From Alphaproteobacteria bacterium (GTDB taxonomy: Bacteria > Pseudomonadota > Alphaproteobacteria > MPNO01 > UBA830), in assembly GCA_964291215.2 (NCBI GenBank), contig OZ219791.1, forward strand, positions 448,001-512,000: a stretch of 64,000 nt of DNA. Reading direction: 5' to 3'. The notes under the pieces were generated by a model that worked only from the letters and a program-made list of their open reading frames with translations, did no database searches and was not told the origin of the DNA. Both the position numbers and the translations under genes were made by a program. This document shows, one piece after another, positions 21,038-30,343 of the stretch. Position 1 is the stretch's first letter; every line of letters begins with the position of its first letter.

Positions 21038-21225
21038 CAGGACTTTCCCACGCTGTGGTTGATGTTTTGAATGACCGCTGAACGGGGCACAAATTTCCGC
21101 ATTCTTGCCAGGTTTTCTGGCTGCCACGACCCGTGGACGGCCCCGCGGCCAGAAAACCCGGCAGGGTTGAGCCTGTACAGCCCATCAGCAGTCGAAAAGA
21201 TAGAATGCTGCGGGGAAAAGTCCTG
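21038..21225. mobile_element. MITE family B, copy 2 (inverted relative to copy 1)
   Basis: caggactttcccacgctg ... gcggggaaaagtcctg; flanks aaggaaagg / aaggaaagc (imperfect TSD). Confidence 0.85.
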
Positions 21226-21337
21226 AAGGAAAGCCTCTAATCTATAGGGGCTTGACCTAAAAGTCCAGTCTATCCGCAATACATGGGATTTTTGCTCGAT
21301 CAGATACGAAATTGGCACAGGATATGGTATTTTGAGT

Positions 21338-22954
21338 GTAACTGCTCACCCCCTGGTTCCGGCTTGATGTCGGGGTAGAGTAACGAACGGGTTTTCGTGG
21401 AGATTTGACACTGCATGCCGATTCGCTTAGTGGTGGTCATCGAGAACGACGGGGACCGCCAGTGGGCTACTTTGGATCGAAGGCGACGAGCGGGCTGTGC
21501 CAGCTGCTTCCGGGGCTCCGCATGATCTGTATGTGGAAACGCATCTCGGAGGCGGCGCGCTGATGAAGCGCAAGGCCGGGTGATGGCGACGGTCAACGCG
21601 GCGCGCGAGGAGTTCGAAGCGGCCAGGATCGCGGCGCTGCGTGCGGCCGGCAAGGTGGCGGAAGAGGCCGTCATCCGCGTCCTCGTCATCCTGCTCGACA
21701 TCCTCATCGTCGTCCTTCTGGAGAAGACCACGCGCAAAACGAGCCGGAACTCCGGTCTGCCGCCGTCACAGACGGACAAGAGCGTGCCGGGAGCAACGGC
21801 AAGGGCCCGAAGCCAAACCGGCAGATGGGCGACAACCTGCGCAAGACCATCGTCGAGGAGACGGTCGCGGTCGATGCCTGCGACGCCTGCGGCGCTGACA
21901 TCGACGGCGTCGACCCCGTCGATCGGGAGCGCCGCGTCCTCTACGACATCGTGTTCGAGGTCGTCGAGCGCCGCGCCGAGATCAAGGAATGCCCGAAGTG
22001 CAAGGCCCGAACCAAGGGCCGGTTCCCCGAAAACATCCCGTGCAGTACGGCATCGGCATCCAAGCCCTCGTCATCAACCTGCTGGTCGCCCAAATGCTGT
22101 CCCTGCGCCGTGCCGTCGCGTTCGTGCAGGCGATCTCCGGCATCAAGCTCTCCGAGGCAACCTGCCTCGGCTATGCTTTCACGATGCGCTCGTGTCATGG
22201 GAGGAGGCCGCCGTGGCGCACCTCCTGCAACGCCCGGCCCTGCATGTCGATGAGACCGGCTTTCGGATCAACAGCAAGTGGCTCCATGTCGTGGGACCCT
22301 GACGTGCAAGTTCCCGCACCGCAAGCGCGGCCGGGAGGCAAGAGATCGGCATCATCCCGTGCTACAAGGGCGTCCTGACTGCTGGGCCTCGTACATGGGC
22401 CAGTGTAGCCACCAGCTGTGCGGCAGCCACCTGCTGCGCGAACTGACCTTTGTCGTCGAGGCTACCGCTGGGCGCGACTTATGAAGAGCCTGCTCCCTGC
22501 CACAAGGTCAACAAGAGCGCATCCAAAACCCTGAACGAGGCCGACCTCCGGGCCGTGCGCAAGCGCTACCGCACCATCCTCACGCAGGGCGCCAGGGAAC
22601 TGCCCGATATCCCGCCGCCGCCGAAAGGAAAACGTGGACGCAAGTCCGACGCGCACAACCTGCACGAACGTCTCGTGAAACACGAAAACCTGCGCTTCAC
22701 AGACGAACCCAACGTCAGCTTCACCAACAATGCCGGAGAACAGAAGATCAGGATGGCAAAGGTCAAGCTCAAGGTGTCTGGATGCTTCCGCTCCACGCAA
22801 AAGCATGGTGCCGGAGCTCAAGCTACCTCACCTCCATGGCCGCACTCGGCTACAACCCACTCGTCGCCACCCAGATCGCCCTCGACGGAAAAGCCGCAGA
22901 CATCATCAACGAGCACTATGGCCAATCAGAACCCAACAAGGGGTGAGTAGATAC
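21338..22954 (+). mobile_element. IS66-family element, copy 1, with degraded transposase
   Basis: Ends gtaactgctcacccc / ggggtgagtagatac, 8-bp TSD ttttgagt; 'RNSGLPPSQ', CxxC zinc finger, 'LHVDETGFR', 'HQLCGSHLLREL', 'FTNNAGEQKIRMAKVK.KVSGCFR'. Confidence 0.9.
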
Positions 22955-23011
22955 TTTTGAGTTAGCCCCTGACTGCTGATCGCACTTCGGCATTCTCCTA
23001 ATATAATCCCC

Positions 23012-23041
23012 AAAAGGAAGGGCGGCCGAAGCCGCCCTTCC
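23012..23041 (-). terminator. Rho-independent terminator of porin copy 2
   Basis: Reverse complement ggaagggcggc-ttcg-gccgcccttcc-tttt. Confidence 0.8.
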
Positions 23042-23066
23042 GAAACGCAACCGACGGAAACAGCCG

Positions 23067-24092
23067 TCAGAACTTGATCTGGACGCTGGTCCCGAAGAAA
23101 GAGCCGTCCTTCTTCATCTCTTTGTTTTTGGTCATCAGCGCATCCAGAGACCAGCTGACGCCGGGGCCGAGCGAACGCGAGAACGTCATGATGGCTCCGT
23201 TCTGGTCGACCATAGCGTCATCGGAAAGCTGGATATAGCCAACCCGGACGGCATTCGGACCGAACTTGTAGCGGAGACCGACATCGGTACGGGTGAAGTC
23301 CTCGTCGGCCGTGTTGTCGTCCTTGCTGTTGCGGACAATGCCAGCGGCGGCGGTGAAGCCTCCAAAGTCAGCCTTGAGGCCGGCGGTTATCATGGTCGCG
23401 TCGGCGGTAGCGCCTTCGCCGTTGCCGACGGCATAACCCACGGCGGCCCCGACGCCGGCATCGCCGAACTTGCCGTTGTAGTTGACGGCGGTAGAGACGA
23501 TGTCTTCACGACCGCCTGCTGTCTGCGCGTAGGACACGCCGCCCTGAAGCCCGCTGATGCGCGGCGTGAAATACATGACCGCCTTGTCATCGTTCGAAAG
23601 GCGCGGAATTCCGCGTCCAATACTAAGGCCCATGCCGGACAGACTACTGTCAAACTCGAGATTGAGATGTCCGGTCGCGGTGCCGACATGGCCCATGTAG
23701 CCATAGGCCATCTCGTAAGCCGCGCCGTCGGTCGCGCCGATGCGGATCTTGCCGAACGAGCCCGTGACGTCCATGTAGCTTTCGTCGATCCACTGCGAGC
23801 TACTGGAATTCTCGGCGTCACTTTCGAGTTCGGCCTTGCCGGAAACGGTGATGCCGTTGTCGAGCTTCATCGAGGCAATGAAGTGGATCTCGCCGTCTTC
23901 CTGCTGGACGACCTGGCCGTCATCAATGCCCTTATCATCGCTGTCGGCTTTCTGGAAGCCGATGCCCTGCTCGAAGACGCCGCCGATCTTGAGCGACGGC
24001 TTCATCATCTTGTCGTCCGCAACCGCGCCGCCGGAAAGCACCAGCACGCTCGCGGCAACCAGTGCCGTGGTGGTAAGAAACTGCTTTTTCAT
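23067..24092 (-). CDS. Outer-membrane porin, copy 2 (near-identical to copy 1)
   Basis: Same 341 aa except KAVVYF vs KAVMYF. Confidence 0.85.
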   Translation of the reverse strand: MKKQFLTTTALVAASVLVLSGGAVADDKMMKPSLKIGGVFEQGIGFQKADSDDKGIDDGQVVQQEDGEIHFIASMKLDNGITVSGKAELESDAENSSSSQWIDESYMDVTGSFGKIRIGATDGAAYEMAYGYMGHVGTATGHLNLEFDSSLSGMGLSIGRGIPRLSNDDKAVMYFTPRISGLQGGVSYAQTAGGREDIVSTAVNYNGKFGDAGVGAAVGYAVGNGEGATADATMITAGLKADFGGFTAAAGIVRNSKDDNTADEDFTRTDVGLRYKFGPNAVRVGYIQLSDDAMVDQNGAIMTFSRSLGPGVSWSLDALMTKNKEMKKDGSFFGTSVQIKF

Positions 24093-24365
24093 GTTACTCC
24101 TCCCTAGGGGTTTGGTAAGTACGCTGCCCGTGCGGGCAACCGCGTCCTGAGACGGTATCCGCCCGGGTATCAGGACAGACGCCCGGACAAACCGAGCGCC
24201 ACGCGGAACCTTTTTATGCGCTACCGCGCCGGCTTGCAATCGAATCGAACGGACTGTGGCAAAAAAGCACAGGCATGTTGCCAAAACACAACGGTTCTGC
24301 CGCGCATCGATCCGTTGTTTGTGGTCCGATTGCCCGGCGCGGCCGATCGGTGCTAACCTTCGCCC

Positions 24366-26531
24366 ATGACTGTCCCAGACGGCATCCATACCACGACCTG
24401 CTGGGAATGCAGCACGCGGTGCGGCGCCAGGGTGACCGTGGCCGGCGGGAGAGTGGCCGCGATCGGCCCCAACCCGGCGCATCCGGGATCGAGGGGTGCC
24501 TACTGCGTCAAGGGCATTCGCGGCCTCGACGAACTTACCCACGGCAGTTCCCGCCTCCTGCGGCCGCGCCGCCGCGCCGGTCCGCGCGGCTCGGGCAAGT
24601 GGCAGGACATCTCCTGGGACAGCGCGCTCGACGAGATGGCGGACCGCCTACTCGACGCGCGCGCCACGCACGGCCCGGAGGCGCTGGCCGGCGCAGTATC
24701 AAGCGCATTCTTCAGCCGCGGCGCCATGGTCGCGCTGCTCATGCGCGCACTCGGCTCCCCGAACTGGATGATGAACCAGGATCTGTGCGGCGGGTGCCGG
24801 GCACTGTCGGACCGAATCACCGGTCTCGGGATCGTCGGCGGCGAGGATGTCGACCACACCCGCTGCGCCCTTGTCGTCGGGCGCAACCCGCAGGCCGCCG
24901 ATCCGGCGCAGTGGATGGCGCTGAAGCGGGCGAAGGAAGCCGGCGCGCGGGTCGTCACCATCGATCCCGCACGCACGCCGGCGGCCGATATTGCCGACCT
25001 CTGGCTGCGCCCGCGCGCCGGAACCGACGCCGCGATCGCACTCGCCATGATCGACGTCATCGTCAGCGAGAATCTCCATGACCAGGCATTCGTCGAGGCC
25101 TGGACACGGGGTTTCGGGGAGCTTCAGAAGCGCGCCGCCGAATTCCCGCCGGCCCGCGCTGCCGCGCTTTCCGGCGTCGCCACCGACGACATCGTCGCGG
25201 CGGCGCGGATGTATGCCGACGGCCCGTCCTGCTTCGTGTCCGGACACGGAATCGACGCCGCCTCCAACGGCGTCCAGACCTTCCGGGCCTTTCACTGCCT
25301 GGTCGCAATCACCGGCAATGTCGACCGCCGCGGCGGCAATATCCGGGTCAAGCGGCCACGTGGGTTCCGCAACTATATCGACATCCTCCACGATCCGGCC
25401 TTCGCGCTGCCGCCCGAGATCGCGAACCGCACGCTCGGCGCCGACCGCTTTCCGCTGTGGGCCGGCCCGCGCGGCTGGCAGACCGCGGCCCACAACCCGA
25501 CCGTGCTCCGGGCCATCCTGACCGGGGAGCCGCATTCGGTCCGCGCCATGCACGTGTCCGGTGTCAACATCGCCGTCACCTACCCCGGCACGCAGAGGGT
25601 CATGGCGGCGCTCCGGTCGCTCGACTTCCTGAGCGTCGCCACCCACACGATGACGCCGACTGCGGAGCTCGCCGATATCATCCTGCCGAAGACGACCGGG
25701 CTCGAGGAGGAGGAGGTCTCGCTCTACCCGTCGGCGCAGATCGTCTCCTACACCAGACCAGTCAAGGAACCGGAAGGGGAAGCACGCTCGGATTTCGATT
25801 TCACAACCGATCTGACTCGGCGCCTGGAGCAGCGCGGCCTCGATGTTCGGCGTTTCTTTCCGTGGGAGACCAAGCGCAAGTTCAACCGCTATCTGCTCGG
25901 CGACGAGATCGACTGGGACGTCCTGGTCGCGCAGGGCTGGGCGGATTTCGAGTACGAACTCGGCGATTTCGGGAAGGCCGGTTTCCGGACCCCCTCAGGC
26001 AGGATCGAACTGTGGTCCGAGACCCTCGCCGACCTCGGCATCGATCCGCTGCCCGGCTACGTCCCGCCGCGCAGCGAACGCGTCGGCGACGGGATCCACG
26101 GGGACTACCCCCTAGTGCTCCTGACCGGCGCGCGCGAGAAGACCTATCACCACTCGCGCTACCGCGACCAAGCCTGGACGCGCAAGGTTTCCCCGTTCCC
26201 GCTCCTGCAGGTCCATCCGGACACTGCGGAACGGCTCGGACTCGCCGACGGCGACTGGGTGGCCGTCGAGACCCCCGGCGCCGACGGGCGCTGCAAGCTC
26301 AGGGTCGCGGTCACCGCCAACACCCAGCCCGGCGTCGTCCGCACCGGCATGGGGTGGTGGCTGCCCGAGGCGGCCGGCCCCGAACGCGGCGCACTCGAGG
26401 TGAACGTCAACGCGGCGCTGTCCTATGACGGCCCGTGGGACCCGGTGACCGGATCAGCCGACACCAGGGGTCTGCCATGCCGGATCGCGCCGATCGAGGA
26501 GGCCGAGATCCCGATGAGGAACACCGCGTGA
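24366..26531 (+). CDS. Cytoplasmic molybdopterin (bis-PGD) oxidoreductase, acetylene-hydratase-like/DMSO-reductase family
   Basis: 'CWECSTRCG...CVKG' 4Fe-4S motif, 'ISWDSALD', 'PRAGTDAA', 'TPTAELADIILP', 'TPSGRIEL', C-terminal molydop-binding domain; no TAT signal. Confidence 0.85.
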   Translation: MTVPDGIHTTTCWECSTRCGARVTVAGGRVAAIGPNPAHPGSRGAYCVKGIRGLDELTHGSSRLLRPRRRAGPRGSGKWQDISWDSALDEMADRLLDARATHGPEALAGAVSSAFFSRGAMVALLMRALGSPNWMMNQDLCGGCRALSDRITGLGIVGGEDVDHTRCALVVGRNPQAADPAQWMALKRAKEAGARVVTIDPARTPAADIADLWLRPRAGTDAAIALAMIDVIVSENLHDQAFVEAWTRGFGELQKRAAEFPPARAAALSGVATDDIVAAARMYADGPSCFVSGHGIDAASNGVQTFRAFHCLVAITGNVDRRGGNIRVKRPRGFRNYIDILHDPAFALPPEIANRTLGADRFPLWAGPRGWQTAAHNPTVLRAILTGEPHSVRAMHVSGVNIAVTYPGTQRVMAALRSLDFLSVATHTMTPTAELADIILPKTTGLEEEEVSLYPSAQIVSYTRPVKEPEGEARSDFDFTTDLTRRLEQRGLDVRRFFPWETKRKFNRYLLGDEIDWDVLVAQGWADFEYELGDFGKAGFRTPSGRIELWSETLADLGIDPLPGYVPPRSERVGDGIHGDYPLVLLTGAREKTYHHSRYRDQAWTRKVSPFPLLQVHPDTAERLGLADGDWVAVETPGADGRCKLRVAVTANTQPGVVRTGMGWWLPEAAGPERGALEVNVNAALSYDGPWDPVTGSADTRGLPCRIAPIEEAEIPMRNTA

Positions 26532-26995
26532 GCGCCGCCAGACGCCTGCAGGAGCTCGGGCTGGAGCTGCCACCGCCCTTCGCCTACCCGAGCGCCAACC
26601 GCACCGGCTGCGTCCGGAGCGGCGACCTGCTCTTCGCGTCCGGCCATCCGCCGCCGGAGAATTTCGGGGTGAAGACCGTCGGCAAGGTCGGCGCGGAAGT
26701 CAGCGAGACCGAGGCCTACGCGGCCGCGCGCGCCACAGCCCTCAACATCCTTGCCTCGGTGGCGCAGAGCCTCGGCTCGCTTGACCGTGTGGCCCGCGTC
26801 GTCAAGGTCTTCGGCATGGTCAACTCGGCTCCCGGCTTCGACCGCCAGTTCGCGGTCATCGACGGCGCCTCCGACCTGTTCTGCGAACTCTTCGGCAACG
26901 ACGCCGGACAGCACGCCCGGAGCGCGGTGGGCATGTACGAGCTGCCGCGCGGATTCTGCATTGAAATCGAGGCGGTATTCGAGGTCCGCGACTAA
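26528..26995 (+). CDS. RidA/YjgF-like family protein
   Basis: 'RLQELGLELP', 'GKVGAEVS', 'VVKVFGMVNS', 'GASDLF..LFG..GQHARSAVG..ELP...EIE'; GTGA coupling. Confidence 0.85.
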   Translation: MSAARRLQELGLELPPPFAYPSANRTGCVRSGDLLFASGHPPPENFGVKTVGKVGAEVSETEAYAAARATALNILASVAQSLGSLDRVARVVKVFGMVNSAPGFDRQFAVIDGASDLFCELFGNDAGQHARSAVGMYELPRGFCIEIEAVFEVRD

Positions 26996-27173
26996 GTCCC
27001 GCGGCCCGGGAACCGTCAGCAACGCTCCGCAACGGTCCGCCCGCCCGCCGCCGAGAATTTTTTCTTGACACCCCCTCCGCGGGGTAGACAATGGCCGTTG
27101 GCGGCACGTCTGGACTCATCGAGCTGACGGGTCCCGCGCCGTCCGCAAAACCGGGTTTCAAGGGAGGAAGCTC

Positions 27174-27902
27174 ATGACGGAAACATGGAAGGAATACGAG
27201 CGGGAGTTCGACGAGTACGAACTGCCGCCTGATCCGGCAGACGATTTCGACTGGACGCCGGCCACCGCCGAGGTCGCGGGCAACCTGCCCGACATGCCCT
27301 TGGCGAGCTGGCGGGAGCCGGGTACGAGCCGCCGCGAATTCCTGCGCGGCGTGGTCTGTTCCGGTGTCGCCGTCTCGGCAGCCGCTTACATGTTCGCGGG
27401 GAACTCCGGCCAGGCACGCGCCGCGGTGCGCGGCGTCGAGCGCCTGATCTCGCTCAACGTCAACGGCAAGACCCGCCGCGTCGACGTGCCTCCGAGCGAG
27501 ACCCTGGCCCAGACCATCCGCTACCGCCTCGGGCTTACCGGAACCAAGATCGGCTGCAACCGCGCCGAGTGCGGCGCCTGCACGGTGATGGCAGACGACA
27601 TCACGATCTATTCCTGCTCGACGCTGACCCACCAGGCGCGTGGCCGCAAGATCACCACCGTCGAAGGCGTTGCCGACCCGTCGGGGAAGCTCCATCCGGT
27701 GCAGCAGGCGTTCATCGACGAACTCGGCCCGCAATGCGGCTTCTGTACCCCGGGCCAGGTCGTCTCGGCCGTCGCGCTCCTCAAGAAGAACCCCGAACCC
27801 ACCGTGGACGAGGCGCGGCGCGCCATGTCCGGTAACCTTTGTCGATGCGGTGCATACGCCCATTACCTCAACGGGGTGATGCGCGCCGCCGGGAGGGCCT
27901 GA
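27174..27902 (+). CDS. Mo-hydroxylase 2Fe-2S subunit with TAT motif (PaoA/CoxS-like)
   Basis: 'SRREFLRG', 'GTKIGCNRAECGACTV', 'QCGFCTPG', 'GNLCRCG'. Confidence 0.9.
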   Translation: MTETWKEYEREFDEYELPPDPADDFDWTPATAEVAGNLPDMPLASWREPGTSRREFLRGVVCSGVAVSAAAYMFAGNSGQARAAVRGVERLISLNVNGKTRRVDVPPSETLAQTIRYRLGLTGTKIGCNRAECGACTVMADDITIYSCSTLTHQARGRKITTVEGVADPSGKLHPVQQAFIDELGPQCGFCTPGQVVSAVALLKKNPEPTVDEARRAMSGNLCRCGAYAHYLNGVMRAAGRA

Positions 27903-27906
27903 AGCC

Positions 27907-30321
27907 ATGGCCTACAACCTGATCGGAAAGAACTTCACCGCGCCCGACCTTCACGCGAAGGTCACCGGCGCCGCCAAATACGCAGAGGATTTCCGCGCCG
28001 ACGGCATGGTCTTCCTCAAGACCTACCCGTCGCCGATGCCGCACGCCAAGGTCAAGTCGATCGATGTCGACAAGGCCAAGAAGATGCCCGGCGTCGTCGG
28101 CGTGATGCTGCCCGAAGACATCAAGCAGCCGGGCGGCGCCGGTCACGCCATTCTCACTGCCTATCCGGTGTTTGTCGGCCAGCCTATCCTGGCCATCGCC
28201 GCGAAGACCGAACAACAGGCCGAGGACGCCATCCAGACGGTCAGGGTCGAGCTTGACCCGCTTCCGTTCTGCGTCGATCCGCTCGAGAGCCTGAAACCCG
28301 ACGGCCCCAACGCCAATGTCGGCGGCAACGTCGCCAACCCGCGCGGGATCAAGCTCCAGGAGATCAAGTGGACGGGCAAGGACTTCGCGCTTGCCGGCGA
28401 CGACCGGCTGCCCATGGGCAAGCCGGCGGACGAGTGGACCTTTGGCGATCTTCAGGCCGGGTTCGCCAAGGCCAAGGCCGTCGTCGAGGAGACCTTCGTC
28501 AGTTCGGCCAATGCCCATCACGCGATGGAACCGCGTTCGGCGGCCGCCTATTGGGAGAACGGCAAGGTCCATGTCTGGGGCTCGACCCAGTCCTCGTCCT
28601 TCGCCATCCCGAGCCTCGCCAAGTATATCGGCGTCAAGCCGTCCCAGCTCAACCTCGTCAGCGAGTTCTGCGGCGGCGGTTTCGGCGGCAAGGCCTATTC
28701 CTATCCGCTGATGGCGCTGCCGGCGTTGATGTCGAAGAAGCTCAACGGACGGCCCGTCCTGATGCGCGCCAGCCGCGCCGACGAGTATTACAACGGTTCC
28801 GGACGCGCTGCCTTCCAGGGCTGGGTCAAGATCGGCTTCGCTGAAAACGGACGGGTGGTGGCGCTCGACAGTTACGTCATCCAGGATAACGGTTCGACCG
28901 TGGGCTTCTGGGATTTCAAGAATTTCGGGGCCGCAGCCTCCGTCATCCTGCAACCGGAGGCGATGCGCTTCCGGGGTATTCCGGTGCTCACCAACACCCC
29001 GCCCAAGGGGCCCCAGCGCGGTCCCGGAGAGAACCAGACCGCAAACATCCTAGAACCGCTGCTCGACAAGGGCGCCCGCATGCTCGGCATCGACCGGCTG
29101 GCGCTGCGCCTGGTCAACGCGCCGGGAGGCGGCCAGGGCGGCAAGATCGGGGGCAAGCAGGCGCCGCTCACCAGCGCCTATCTGCGCGAGGGCCTCGAAC
29201 AGGCGGCGAAGAAGTTCAACTACGCCGGCCGGATGAAGAAGGCGGGCAAGCAGCCGGATGGCAAGATCCGCGCCATCGGCATCGGACAGGCCTACCACGC
29301 TGCCGGCGCGGCCGGGTTCGACGGCATGGTGCGCATCACGCCCGACGGCAAGCTGCACATCCATACCGGCGTCGGCAATCTCGGCACATTTTCCTACGCT
29401 TCGACATCGCGTGTTGCCGCCGAGGTCCTCGGGTATGACTGGGCGAACACCGTCATCGAACGCGGCGGGTCGCTCAAGGCGATGCCTTTCAATCTCGGCC
29501 AGTTCGGGTCGAACACGACCTTCACCATGACCCGGACCAACTATGCCGCGGCTATCGACGCCAGGGACAAGCTCCTTGAGATCGGCGCCATGGTCATGGG
29601 CGGCGCCGCGGGCGACTACAAGCTCGACGGCGAACGCGTGGTCGCGAAAGGGGGTAGCAAGTCGATCACCTTCGCCGAGGCCGCCAAGAAGGCGATCGAG
29701 GTCGGCGGGAAATACTCCGCCAAGGAGGTTGACGAGAAACTCAACCCCCTGACCAAGATGGCCGCAAACATGGTCGCGGGGACCGGGCTGATCGGCGTCG
29801 CCAAGGACAAGCTCCCCAAGAAGGGGGTGGTGCCGGGACTGGCAGCGGCGTTCATCGAGATCGAGCTCGATCCGGAAACCGGCCGGGTCGATATCCTCGA
29901 CTATCTCGGTGTCGCCGATGTCGGCCAGGTGCTGCACCCGCAGGGTCTGGACGCCCAGATCCTCGGCGGCGCGATAATGGGTTTCGGGCTCGCAGCCACC
30001 GAACGGCATGTCTACGACCCGGCCTACGGGCGTCCCAACGCCATCGGGCTGCATCATGCGAAGCCCCCGACCTATCTCGACGTGCCGACCCAGATGTCGG
30101 CGCTCGCGGTCGAGGGCGCCACCGACCCACAGAACCCGGTCGGCGCCAAGGGTGTCGGTGAACCGGTTCAGGGCGCCGGCTCCTCCGCCTACCTGAGTGC
30201 GGTGTCCGAGGCCCTCGGCGGCCACCTGTTCAACCGAGTGCCGGTCGTCGCAGACATGATCGTCAACACGCTCGCCAAGCAGCCGCAATCCTACAAGCCG
30301 CTGCAGGTCAACAGCCAGTAG
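27907..30321 (+). CDS. Xanthine dehydrogenase family molybdopterin-binding subunit
   Basis: 'KVTGAAKYAED', 'HHAMEP', 'GGGFGGK', 'RGPG', 'GAKGVGEP'. Confidence 0.9.
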   Translation: MAYNLIGKNFTAPDLHAKVTGAAKYAEDFRADGMVFLKTYPSPMPHAKVKSIDVDKAKKMPGVVGVMLPEDIKQPGGAGHAILTAYPVFVGQPILAIAAKTEQQAEDAIQTVRVELDPLPFCVDPLESLKPDGPNANVGGNVANPRGIKLQEIKWTGKDFALAGDDRLPMGKPADEWTFGDLQAGFAKAKAVVEETFVSSANAHHAMEPRSAAAYWENGKVHVWGSTQSSSFAIPSLAKYIGVKPSQLNLVSEFCGGGFGGKAYSYPLMALPALMSKKLNGRPVLMRASRADEYYNGSGRAAFQGWVKIGFAENGRVVALDSYVIQDNGSTVGFWDFKNFGAAASVILQPEAMRFRGIPVLTNTPPKGPQRGPGENQTANILEPLLDKGARMLGIDRLALRLVNAPGGGQGGKIGGKQAPLTSAYLREGLEQAAKKFNYAGRMKKAGKQPDGKIRAIGIGQAYHAAGAAGFDGMVRITPDGKLHIHTGVGNLGTFSYASTSRVAAEVLGYDWANTVIERGGSLKAMPFNLGQFGSNTTFTMTRTNYAAAIDARDKLLEIGAMVMGGAAGDYKLDGERVVAKGGSKSITFAEAAKKAIEVGGKYSAKEVDEKLNPLTKMAANMVAGTGLIGVAKDKLPKKGVVPGLAAAFIEIELDPETGRVDILDYLGVADVGQVLHPQGLDAQILGGAIMGFGLAATERHVYDPAYGRPNAIGLHHAKPPTYLDVPTQMSALAVEGATDPQNPVGAKGVGEPVQGAGSSAYLSAVSEALGGHLFNRVPVVADMIVNTLAKQPQSYKPLQVNSQ

Positions 30322-30343
30322 CCGGCGGAGAGGAGACAAACCG

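Noticed and set aside
21338-22954. Programmed frameshifting as the cause of the IS66 frame breaks
   Set aside because: The breaks are numerous, differ between the two copies and coincide with deletions rather than slippery sites.
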